Below are positions 1-8,738 of a stretch of DNA of 64,000 nucleotides, piece after piece. The first letter of the stretch is position 1; each line of letters starts with the position of its first letter. The stretch lies in assembly GCA_043756865.1 (NCBI GenBank), contig JAYUQG010000005.1:40614-104613 (forward strand). The letters are read 5' to 3'. This DNA is from a bacterium. GTDB taxonomy: Bacteria > Patescibacteriota > Minisyncoccia > Phycocordibacterales > UBA6899. The translations under genes and the position numbers were made by a program. Below the pieces are notes generated by a model. It saw only the letters and a program-made list of their open reading frames with translations, searched no databases and was not told the origin of the DNA.

Positions 1-390
1 GGAGCAACAGGCGGTGATGTCGCAGAGGCATATGTGATCGCAAATGAGGTCGGGCACCACGCACAACACTTGCTGGCAAAGTCAGAGGGAACCTCCGGAA
101 CACAAGCAACGACGAACCAAGACTCTATTTCCCAAGAACTACAAGCGGATTGCTATTCCGGACTTTGGGCACATTCCATAAGGGACAAGAATGTTTTTCT
201 TCCCGGAGAAATTAAGGAGGCAATGGATGCAGCGGCAGCCGCGGGGGATGATCGTATTCAAAAGAGAACAAGTGGATATGTGAACAAGGAGACATGGACG
301 CACTGATCCGGAGATGAAAGGAGGCGTTGGTTTGATATAGGTTTTACTTCTGGAACACTCGATTCATGCGATAACCCTCGCTCTCGATAG
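1..390 (+). pseudogene. 3' part of a YpfJ-like neutral zinc metallopeptidase, apparently inactivated (5' end outside the window)
   Basis: Frame reads YVIANEVGHH...ELQADCYSGLWA...GDDRIQ...ETWTH*SGDERRRWFDIGF. The HExxH motif appears as NExxH (AAT at 43-45). An in-frame TGA at 304-306 sits at the conserved THG glycine, and homology continues to TAG at 388-390. Confidence 0.75.
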
Positions 391-418
391 TTGGGTTTTT
401 GATACCGAAAATACTTAA

Positions 419-434
419 TTGAACATTTATTGAA
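419..434 (+). promoter_or_regulatory. Possible ArsR/SmtB-type metal-sensor operator
   Basis: TTGAACATTTATTGAA is an imperfect TGAA..TTCA-type dyad directly upstream of the metal efflux locus. Confidence 0.3.
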
Positions 435-455
435 ATGTGTTACTGTATGCAGTAC

Positions 456-890
456 ATGAGGAAAATTTCTGCCACATTCGTCTTGTTGGGCTATATTCTG
501 CTAGTGCCATTTTGTTTTTTTGGCAATGCGATGATAACCCACGCAGACTCAGATAATATGAGCAGTAACGCCGTCCATCATATTGATGACTGTGGGATGC
601 CGTTTGGCTGTGGACATGCGAATGAGGCGGGGTTGGTCGATGTGGCCGTGCACCACATCAGCATGTATCTGTCGCTTACCCAAACACCGCTCGCAGCTTT
701 TTCACTTTTTGTGACAATCTTAGTACTGCAACTCCTCGCCATACTCGGAGTATCTGGAAATTTACTTCGTACACTTTTTTTGCAGACTTCTTCACTTCTC
801 GTACGCAGAATGGAAGAGCCACACATAAGCACAAAACAAAAGATACTTGCATGGCTCTCGCTTTTTGAAGCAAGCCCAAATTTTGCATAA
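456..890 (+). CDS. His/Cys-rich membrane protein upstream of the metal efflux operon
   Basis: N-terminal hydrophobic segment, HHIDDCGMPFGCGH and VHH motifs, and a second TM helix. The start is ambiguous (435/447/456). Confidence 0.6.
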   Translation: MRKISATFVLLGYILLVPFCFFGNAMITHADSDNMSSNAVHHIDDCGMPFGCGHANEAGLVDVAVHHISMYLSLTQTPLAAFSLFVTILVLQLLAILGVSGNLLRTLFLQTSSLLVRRMEEPHISTKQKILAWLSLFEASPNFA

Positions 891-905
891 CGCGACGCTC
901 TTAGG

Positions 906-1079
906 GCTCGTCCGTAAATAACTTCCACAGATGAGGTGGAATGCGCCCCGAATACGGACACTGCGACCGAACAAAATGTTAAAGCATACTGTAAGTATGG
1001 TGCGAAATTTTGTGACCGAGTAGTGACTGTAGTCGGGGATGCAGTGCGCATCAGATGGGGGAGTTATTTATGGAAGAGC
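906..1079. repeat. Long imperfect inverted repeat (~170-nt hairpin)
   Basis: TCCGTAAATAACTTCC pairs with GGGAGTTATTTATGGA. Inner pairs are CCCCGA/TCGGGG, ACAAAAT/ATTTTGT and apical CATACT-GTA-AGTATG. Confidence 0.75.
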
Positions 1080-1245
1080 ACTTACAACACTTTTTTTAAA
1101 GTGTTGTCTTGCGTCGCAGAAAGACCCCACAGGGTCTTTTTCGTTATTCCCCAAATGAGTGAGCGAGATAAAAATGTCTTCTTTTTTATCTCCGAGCGAA
1201 TGACGGGAAAAAAAGGTTTTACGATTATTTGCTATCAAGACATTT

Positions 1246-2961
1246 ATGCATGAAAAAATTCTGCAATACATCAAAACACCAATTGGCATGAGTGTGCTCG
1301 GTTTTGCCATCCTCACCATTTCGTGGGTTGTGTATGCGAACACTAAAACTGACGCACTGCCTGAACAAACGGTCTTCACAAGCAGTGACCGTGTCGAAAT
1401 TGCCACAGTTGACACAAGCGCTACGTCAAGCGGAGCGGTGGGAGGCTCTTGGCCTGGTGAGATTCTTTCACTCGGTAGCTACCCCCTTCAACCCGAAAGA
1501 GAGGGAATAATCGCAGAGTGGCGAATACATATTGGTGAGCGTGTTCGTGCGGGACAAGTACTCGGCACACTCTCTCGCCCCCCTGCAACTCCAGAGCTCA
1601 TAAGCATGCTCGCGGGTGAAGCTGAAGGACTCGCAAAGGCGCGAAGTAATGCCGAGGCGGAAGAAACGTATGTGACGGAGCGCATTGAACAACTACTCGC
1701 ACAGCGCGTGTCAATTGAGCGCTCTTCCGCAAAAACAGGCAACTTGCTCAACTCCGCTCTGCAAACAAACTCTGGCGTCATTGCAGTAAAAAGAAAAAAT
1801 CTGCGAGTCATACTCGATAACGCTATTGCGATAACTTATCCCTACCTCTCAGGTAATGGAGTAGTGCCGACAACCTATCAGTCCATTGTGCTCCGATCTT
1901 CCATTGGGGCTCAAAATTCACGATTGCGTGAGGAATTTCCCGGGATACTCCACAATGTGCTTTCAGACCTCCGTAGCGACGAAATAATTCCTGAAAAATC
2001 GGGACTCGCATATTTTGACCACACAATAAAACTCGCCAACGCGTCACTTTCAGATGGAAGCACGCTGACGCAGGGTGACCTAAGTGCACTCAAGGATTCA
2101 CTTACGAGCGGAAGAAGTAATTTTATCGAAGCGCTCGGCGAGCTACGAGAGGCGGAGCTCGTGAGTGTGAGTACCGCTCAGGAGTATTCGACAGACTTTA
2201 AGGAAATCGACGCACAAATCACCGAGCTACGAAAAACCCTTGCAATTGCGAAAGGGGAGGTTGTGGCAAAAGAAGCGGCCTACAAGACAGTGAACAATGC
2301 AGTGAACGGTGGCAATACGATCCTCGCTCCCCGTTCTGGTATTGTTTCAACAATACTGAAAAAGCAAGGAGAGTTTGTTTCCCCCGGTACGCCCTTAGCA
2401 GTAATTACCAGTGAAACAAAAAACGAGAAAAGCATACGTTTTGCGATTCCCGTAACTGCGCAAAAACCACTTATCAATTCGTCGCTTCGTATTGTTCGTT
2501 CCGGTTTTCCTACTGATATAAAAATAGCCAGACTAATCGGAATCGGTTCGGCGGTCGATGAAATGGGGACATATATGTCTGATGCTCTCTTTACGGAGGC
2601 GAATGATTGGCCTGTTGGTGGCTCAGTGCGCGTGCTTCAGGGTGAACGCAATGGAAATGTAGCCATTCCGCTCACTTCGGTCATGTGGGACGAACGGGGC
2701 GTACCTTATGTCTGGGGAGTTTCAAGTGCCGATCGCCTGTATGCGAAAAAATTAAAGTTGGGACGCACCCTCGGAACCTCTGTCGAGGTATACGAGGGAC
2801 TTAGTGGGGGAGATCGGTATGTTGTTTCACCAACCCCACTTATGCGTGAAGACATACTCCTGAGCGAACTTGCACCGAAAAGAGATACATCAGCATTGAA
2901 TCCTGCAGTAAGTGGGGACGGAATGCACATGGAGGGAATGGATATGGATAGTCACGAATAA
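1246..2961 (+). CDS. Efflux RND transporter membrane-fusion (adaptor) subunit with a long coiled coil
   Basis: N-terminal TM, lipoyl half-motifs (GERVRAGQVL; ILAPRSGIVS...GEFVSPGTPL), C-terminal VEVYEGLSGGDRYV and a Met/His tail. Confidence 0.88.
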   Translation: MHEKILQYIKTPIGMSVLGFAILTISWVVYANTKTDALPEQTVFTSSDRVEIATVDTSATSSGAVGGSWPGEILSLGSYPLQPEREGIIAEWRIHIGERVRAGQVLGTLSRPPATPELISMLAGEAEGLAKARSNAEAEETYVTERIEQLLAQRVSIERSSAKTGNLLNSALQTNSGVIAVKRKNLRVILDNAIAITYPYLSGNGVVPTTYQSIVLRSSIGAQNSRLREEFPGILHNVLSDLRSDEIIPEKSGLAYFDHTIKLANASLSDGSTLTQGDLSALKDSLTSGRSNFIEALGELREAELVSVSTAQEYSTDFKEIDAQITELRKTLAIAKGEVVAKEAAYKTVNNAVNGGNTILAPRSGIVSTILKKQGEFVSPGTPLAVITSETKNEKSIRFAIPVTAQKPLINSSLRIVRSGFPTDIKIARLIGIGSAVDEMGTYMSDALFTEANDWPVGGSVRVLQGERNGNVAIPLTSVMWDERGVPYVWGVSSADRLYAKKLKLGRTLGTSVEVYEGLSGGDRYVVSPTPLMREDILLSELAPKRDTSALNPAVSGDGMHMEGMDMDSHE

Positions 2962-2972
2962 TATTACCAACT

Positions 2973-5900
2973 ATGTTCAACAATATAATCTCGTGGTCAC
3001 TTAGAAATAAGCTTGTCGTGCTACTCACAACATTCCTGATTGTTGTTTTTGGTACATGGAGTTTACTCACCATGAAGGTGGATATTCTTCCTGATATCAA
3101 CAAACCTACCGTTACTATCTTTGCAGAAGGCGAAGGAATGGCGAGCGAAGAAGTAGAGAGACTAATCCTCACCCCTATTGAAGCAGCAGTCGCGGGCGCT
3201 CCGGGGGTCGAACGTATTCGCGGAAGTGCAGCACTCGGTCGCGCGATTGTTAACCTAGAGTTTGCATGGGGTTCTGACAATTATCGGAACAGACAAATCG
3301 TGCAGGAAAGGTTGACCCAAGTGGTACTCCCGAGCAACGTCACACCCGTACTTGGCCCCCAATCTTCACTCCTTGGAGAAGTGGTCTGGGTCGGACTGAC
3401 TTCAAGTAGCGCTGCGGTTTCTGCAATGGAAATGCGTACAATAGCAGATTTCACGGTCCGTCCCGCACTTCTCAAAATCCCCGGTGTTTCCACAGTGCTT
3501 GTGATGGGTGGCGACGTGCGCGAGTGGCAGATTAATCTCAATGCGGAACGCATGCGTCAGAGTGGTGTCATGTTCGAAGATGTGCGGAAAAACATTGCTT
3601 CAGCCATCACGAATAAGGGCGGCGGTATTCTTGCTGAGAACGGAAAAGAATATCCCATTCGCATTCTTGTTGCACCCAAGGACATTGCCGAACTTCGCGA
3701 GATCGCAGTCGGAAGAGGTATGTCAACAGGTGCAGTCATCCGCTTGGCTGACCTCGCAGAAGTTATCGAAGGACCAAGCCCAGTACGTGGCTCTGCTGCG
3801 ATCAATGGAAAACCGGGGGTCATTCTGCGGGTCATTCGCCAGTCTGACGCAGAGACCTTGAAAATAACCAAAGGGATCGATGAGACATTGGACGCGCTTC
3901 GGCCGGCAATCCCCGAAGGTGTTCTGATTGAAGGAGATCTTTTTCGACAAGAACAATTCATCCATGCAGGACTAGGAAATGTCACCGAAGCGCTTCGCGA
4001 TGGAACAATTCTTGTTGTGCTCATTCTGCTTATTTTTCTCATGAACGTACGCACGACTGCGATCACACTCACGGCTATTCCGCTTTCGATACTCGTCACG
4101 GCGATCATATTTAAGCAATTTGGGCTCTCGGTGAATGTGATGACGCTCGGTGGAATTGCCGTTGCTGTAGGCGAACTTGTGGATGATGCAATCGTAGGGG
4201 TCGAGAACGTGTTTCAGCGACTGCGACTCTGGAAGAAAACAGGCGCAAAAGAAGATCGGGAAGCAGTGGTGCTTTCCGCTTCCAGTGAAGTGCGCAACTC
4301 GATAGTGTATGCAACCATTCTCGTTGCGGTGGTCTTTCTTCCTATTTTCTTTGTGCCCGGTCTTGAAGGGAGATTAATTGCATCGATTGGCGCGGCATAC
4401 CTCGTTTCTCTGCTTGCCTCTATGCTCGTTTCACTTACTGTAACCCCCGTTCTCTCAGCGCTCTTGCTTCATGGTAAAACACTGGAGGGACACGAAGAAG
4501 AAACGCGATTAGTACGTGCGATCAAAGAGTGGATGTCTCCGCGCATATATTGGTGCATTGCCCGCGTGCGGTTTGTCGGTACGCTTACACTCATTGCACT
4601 TTCGCTTACTGCTGGGATGTACTTGTTTGCAGGCAAGGAAGGTATCCCAACGTTCAACGAAGGCTCCGCCACGGTTATGGCATTTACTCCTGTCGGAACT
4701 GATCTGGCGACAACCAATGCATATGTAGCAAAAGTCGCCAAGGAAATTGAAAAAGTTCCTGGCGTGGCAAAAGTATCGAACATGACCGGTAGGGCGGATG
4801 CAGACCCTCATGATGGAGGTTCGAATGCGAGTGAGATGCAAATTCTTATAAAACCAGAATACATTCCCCATCGCGTGCAGGTCTTCAAGAACATTCAAAA
4901 AGTACTTTCACGTCATGACGGAGCGGATTTTGGCCTTGGGCAACCGATCACTCATCGTATGCAGGAATTACTCTCTGGAGTACGTGCACCGATCGCGATC
5001 AAGGTATTTGGGGACGACCTCGAAGACATGAAAAATGCCGCCGATCGAGTTATTCTTGAGCTAAAAAAACAGCCCGGTGTAAAAAATGCGCAAATCGGGA
5101 AAGATACGATGACTCCAGAATTCCATATCTATCTCGATCGCAATCGACTCGCTGAATCAGGAATTTCATCTGGCGAGGTCGCTCTGGAACTTGAAATGGG
5201 GCTCATGGGCGATACGCTTGGACAAATGCGTCTTGGCGGAGCATCTGTGGATGTCGTTGCGAGGTTCGATCTGGAGTCTAAAGGCACCATGGCGTCGCTT
5301 CGTGACATCGCTTTGTCATTTGAGAACGTGACATCGCTCGGTCTTGCGGGGGATGTCACGGTCGCAGGTGGGCGCAATCGTTACACTCACGAAGCGGGCA
5401 AGCGAGTATTGGTTGTGTCGGCAAATTATGAGGGCAAAGATGTTGTCGGTGCAGTCGAGAATGTAAAATCAGCACTTGATAATGAAAAGTTACAGAGTGG
5501 AGTGACACTGTCCTATGAGGGAACATACAAAAGCCAGAAAGAAAGCTCACGCCGCCTTTCGCTTGTCTTTGTTTTGGGAATAGCAATGATCTTCGGCATT
5601 CTGTATCATGCATTTAAATCCGTACCCATCGTGCTGCTCATCATGGCAAACATTCCAACCGTGCTCATCGGCGGAATGATCGGAATATGGCTCACTGGCG
5701 GAGTAGTCAATCTTGCGCATCTCGTCGGATTCATATCGCTTGCGGGAATCGTATCGCGAAATGGGATCATGCTTATCGGACGAGTGCTCACGCTTGTTCG
5801 CGAAGGAAATGCATTCACTCCGGAAACAATCGTGCGTGCCACACTTGATCGCGTTACTCCGGTACTTATGACTTCTCTTGTCACAGCACTCGCGCTCATA

Positions 5901-6077
5901 CCGTTGCTCTTGTCGGGTAATGATCCGGGGAAAGAACTGCTCCACCCGCTCGCCGTAGTGATATTCGGAGGACTATTTTCATCCACTGCGATCTCGCTGT
6001 TTCTCACGCCAGCGCTTTTTTATCGATTTGGAAAGAAAGCCACGCTTGTAGCTAATTCAGACACTTCTGGGTTCTAA
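2973..6077 (+). CDS. CusA/CzcA-family heavy-metal efflux RND permease
   Basis: 1034 aa with VDILPDI, GELVDDAIVGVEN and RVTPVLMTSLVTALALIPL motifs typical of HME-RND pumps. Confidence 0.95.
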   Translation: MFNNIISWSLRNKLVVLLTTFLIVVFGTWSLLTMKVDILPDINKPTVTIFAEGEGMASEEVERLILTPIEAAVAGAPGVERIRGSAALGRAIVNLEFAWGSDNYRNRQIVQERLTQVVLPSNVTPVLGPQSSLLGEVVWVGLTSSSAAVSAMEMRTIADFTVRPALLKIPGVSTVLVMGGDVREWQINLNAERMRQSGVMFEDVRKNIASAITNKGGGILAENGKEYPIRILVAPKDIAELREIAVGRGMSTGAVIRLADLAEVIEGPSPVRGSAAINGKPGVILRVIRQSDAETLKITKGIDETLDALRPAIPEGVLIEGDLFRQEQFIHAGLGNVTEALRDGTILVVLILLIFLMNVRTTAITLTAIPLSILVTAIIFKQFGLSVNVMTLGGIAVAVGELVDDAIVGVENVFQRLRLWKKTGAKEDREAVVLSASSEVRNSIVYATILVAVVFLPIFFVPGLEGRLIASIGAAYLVSLLASMLVSLTVTPVLSALLLHGKTLEGHEEETRLVRAIKEWMSPRIYWCIARVRFVGTLTLIALSLTAGMYLFAGKEGIPTFNEGSATVMAFTPVGTDLATTNAYVAKVAKEIEKVPGVAKVSNMTGRADADPHDGGSNASEMQILIKPEYIPHRVQVFKNIQKVLSRHDGADFGLGQPITHRMQELLSGVRAPIAIKVFGDDLEDMKNAADRVILELKKQPGVKNAQIGKDTMTPEFHIYLDRNRLAESGISSGEVALELEMGLMGDTLGQMRLGGASVDVVARFDLESKGTMASLRDIALSFENVTSLGLAGDVTVAGGRNRYTHEAGKRVLVVSANYEGKDVVGAVENVKSALDNEKLQSGVTLSYEGTYKSQKESSRRLSLVFVLGIAMIFGILYHAFKSVPIVLLIMANIPTVLIGGMIGIWLTGGVVNLAHLVGFISLAGIVSRNGIMLIGRVLTLVREGNAFTPETIVRATLDRVTPVLMTSLVTALALIPLLLSGNDPGKELLHPLAVVIFGGLFSSTAISLFLTPALFYRFGKKATLVANSDTSGF

Positions 6078-6099
6078 ATTAAATAATAATCTCATTAAC

Positions 6100-6450
6100 A
6101 TGAACAACACAACAGCAATTATTCTTTCAGCGATCGTCGGCGTGACACTTGGCGGTTTTGGTGGATTCGCTACAGGAAAGCAAGCGAGCGATATCGGAAT
6201 GACCGACAAAGAGGTGCATGGCCTTATTGAAATGATGTCGTCGGAAGGTAAAAGCATGATGGAGATGGGCAAAATGATGCAAGAGGGTGGGGCCATGCTC
6301 GAAGAACGCGGCACTACATATAGTGATCAGCAGATGATTGTAAAAGGAAAGGATTTGAAAGCAGTCGGAGTAAAGTCAGTTAAAGACGGTGAAGCAATGA
6401 TGGGACACGAGAAAGGAATGATGGATTCAATGGAGGGAATGGCGCACTAA
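6100..6450 (+). CDS. Met-rich membrane-anchored small protein (candidate Cu/Ag binder)
   Basis: N-terminal TM followed by many Met residues, ending GMMDSMEGMAH; directly after the RND gene. Confidence 0.75.
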   Translation: MNNTTAIILSAIVGVTLGGFGGFATGKQASDIGMTDKEVHGLIEMMSSEGKSMMEMGKMMQEGGAMLEERGTTYSDQQMIVKGKDLKAVGVKSVKDGEAMMGHEKGMMDSMEGMAH

Positions 6451-6460
6451 TCATAAAAAT

Positions 6461-6634
6461 ATGAATGAATTTCTTAATGCATTGCTCATCACACTCGCAC
6501 TTGTCCTCGGTGGGTATTTACTCTTCGGAAGTCTTAGTGAACCTCAGTCAGGCACAGGAACTATGGATATGAGCATAGGGGGCATGAGTATACCCGCGGA
6601 AAGCATGGAGTCGATGTCGGGTATGAAACATTGA
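6461..6634 (+). CDS. 57-aa Met-rich single-TM protein (below the ORF-track cutoff)
   Basis: Translates MNEFLNALLITLALVLGGYLLFGSLSEPQSGTGTMDMSIGGMSIPAESMESMSGMKH; starts 10 nt after the previous stop. Confidence 0.75.
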   Translation: MNEFLNALLITLALVLGGYLLFGSLSEPQSGTGTMDMSIGGMSIPAESMESMSGMKH

Positions 6635-6776
6635 GTTAGAGTTACTTTCACATGTGAGTAAATGAAGCATCTAATTTTTAACCGACCGAATGGACTAAAA
6701 ATGGATGTACAACCGTGTTGTACTCTTAGCAAAAAGGGAACTGAAGTTGCAGTTTGATTTCCTGTGGAGACATAAC

Positions 6777-6798
6777 AAAGCCCACCGAGGTGGGCTTT
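6777..6798. terminator. Intrinsic terminator-like hairpin between convergent genes
   Basis: AAAGCCCACC-GA-GGTGGGCTTT. Confidence 0.7.
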
Positions 6799-6819
6799 CT
6801 GCTGTTGATGGTTGTTGCG

Positions 6820-6972
6820 TTAGGCGATAAACGCCACGTAGCTGCCGAGTGCAAAACCCTGAAAATAGCTGAGCATGAAAGCCCTCTTCCAGTCCTTGCG
6901 ATGGAAGATGGTTTCCCACAGGAAGTTGCCAACCGACAAGGCGAGCCAAAACAAAATAACTTTCGTATACAT
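6820..6972 (-). CDS. 50-aa two-TM hypothetical protein
   Basis: MYTKVILFWLAL...; GGAG SD, TTGACA-16-TATAAT promoter (7019-7046) and a downstream terminator. Confidence 0.6.
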   Translation of the reverse strand: MYTKVILFWLALSVGNFLWETIFHRKDWKRAFMLSYFQGFALGSYVAFIA

Positions 6973-7136
6973 TTTGCTTATCTCCAGCAAGTTAGGTGGA
7001 AGTGCCACAACTAATAGTATTATACGCTATTTAGTAATTTTGTCAACTAATACGTAATATTCGGCTTTAATCGGTCACAAAAAAATACGTTGCATAAAAA
7101 AATGCGCAAGGTGTTACAGCAAGGTATAATTTGGTT

Positions 7137-7850
7137 ATGTCGGGCAATCTCTTTTTTAATGAACAGGAGTGGCGAAGGGAATTCTCCGAACACCACGACT
7201 GGTATCGAGTCATTTATCCTCAATTCGAGGCGATTTTGGCAAAATATGAAGGTGATACCCTAGAGATGAGAAAAGCCTCAAGAAACGCAATTTACGGCTT
7301 TGTAGAGGGACTACTACGTGAAGGTGCGGTCATTCTTGCCCAAAAAAGAGAGGGAAAAGACTGGGATGCCGCGCGTAAGCCAATCGACATGGCAGTTATC
7401 CATCACACAAACGTGGAAAGTGGTATTAGTTGGGAGCGTATTAGTGTTATACAGCTTATGCGATTATATGCGAAATCATATCTTTCACCGTCGACCGAAA
7501 AGGAAATAGCGGGAACGCCTGTATACTCTAATCATTTTAGAGCGAATACCCCCGTGTTCTATGGGTATCATTGGCTCGTGCGACTCGACGGTTCATGCGA
7601 GCGCCTCCTCGCAGACGACGAGATAGGCTGGCAAGCAGGGAACTGGGACATAAACTGTAGAAGTGTAGGTATTTGCCTCGATGGGGATTTCAGGACGAAT
7701 ACTCCGCCGCAGGAAATGCTCGATGGCGTACGCACACTCCTCGAGAGAGAGTATCCGGCACTACATGGCGACCAAATAATCCCACACCGCAAGTCTAATC
7801 CCACAACGACATGCCCCGGTGCGTGGTACGACGGGGTTACGTGGAATTGA
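7137..7850 (+). CDS. N-acetylmuramoyl-L-alanine amidase (Amidase_2/T7-lysozyme-like) with an N-terminal extension
   Basis: AVIHHT, GYHWLV, N-x-x-SVGICLDGDF and PHR...TTCPG zinc-amidase motifs. Confidence 0.88.
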   Translation: MSGNLFFNEQEWRREFSEHHDWYRVIYPQFEAILAKYEGDTLEMRKASRNAIYGFVEGLLREGAVILAQKREGKDWDAARKPIDMAVIHHTNVESGISWERISVIQLMRLYAKSYLSPSTEKEIAGTPVYSNHFRANTPVFYGYHWLVRLDGSCERLLADDEIGWQAGNWDINCRSVGICLDGDFRTNTPPQEMLDGVRTLLEREYPALHGDQIIPHRKSNPTTTCPGAWYDGVTWN

Positions 7851-7886
7851 TTAAGGGGGCCAGACAATAAGTGAAGCTGGAGTAGA

Positions 7887-8690
7887 TTATGCGGTGCTTG
7901 TGTTTTCGAGGATCTGCTCTATGCGTTCCACGAGCTGTGCTGGCGTGAAATTTGCTTTCACAAGAAAATCTACAGCGCCGAGGCTTTGCCCCAGCGCGAT
8001 GTCAGTCTCTTGTGCCAAGTTGGAAAATATCGCCACTGGAGTAGCGCTTACTTCCGGTCTGGATTTAAGAGTTTTTAGGACATCAAATCCATTCATGCCC
8101 GGCATTAACACATCTAAGAGTATAAGGTCGGGATGAATTTCGTTTGCGAGACGCAACCCTTCCTCACCGTTATTCGCAGTAAACACATGATATCCCGCAT
8201 GCCGAAAGCGGTCTGAGGCAATATCGGAAAGTGTGGCGTCGTCTTCAATGAGTAAGATGTTTGTTTGCTCAGGAGGCTTACGCTTCATTGATTTTTGATC
8301 TGTGCTGCTACTTTCGGGTCCCCCAATGAGCGCCTGCACTTTTTCGACGACCTCCTGAGGTGAAAAATGTGCTTTGACTATGTAGTCTTTTACGCCGAGT
8401 CCAAGGATTCGAGATATTTCGACTGGCTCACCAGAGTTCGAAATGACCATCACGGGAATGAGTTGGAGCTGTGGGTCAACACTAATTGCCTCGAGTACTT
8501 CATATCCGTTCATTATGGGCATCATGATGTCCAGCAGCAGTAAATCTGGAGTTACGTTGCGCATGGTGGTCAGGCCTGCAGCCCCATCTTTCTCGCATAC
8601 ACAATAATACCCCGCTTCTTCGATGCGTTCCTTGAGTACCTGTGAAAGTGCGGGGTCGTCATCGACGAGAAGAATGATTTTTTTGCTCAT
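7887..8690 (-). CDS. Response regulator with two tandem receiver domains and no output domain
   Basis: ILLVDDD...LLDIMMP...DYIVKA and ILLIEDD...LLDVLMP...DFLVKA. Confidence 0.92.
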   Translation of the reverse strand: MSKKIILLVDDDPALSQVLKERIEEAGYYCVCEKDGAAGLTTMRNVTPDLLLLDIMMPIMNGYEVLEAISVDPQLQLIPVMVISNSGEPVEISRILGLGVKDYIVKAHFSPQEVVEKVQALIGGPESSSTDQKSMKRKPPEQTNILLIEDDATLSDIASDRFRHAGYHVFTANNGEEGLRLANEIHPDLILLDVLMPGMNGFDVLKTLKSRPEVSATPVAIFSNLAQETDIALGQSLGAVDFLVKANFTPAQLVERIEQILENTSTA

Positions 8691-8738
8691 TGAATTAAGT
8701 ATACAAAAGTATAAGGATAATGTATGCCCAGTTGTGCA

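Noticed and set aside
304-306. Genetic code 25 (UGA=Gly) suggested by TGA at a conserved Gly
   Set aside because: Long conserved genes have no internal TGA, and several genes end in TGA at expected C-termini (for example 7850 and ybeY).
936-1253. 105-aa ORF upstream of the adaptor gene
   Set aside because: It runs through the long hairpin and the terminator, and has no recognisable motifs.
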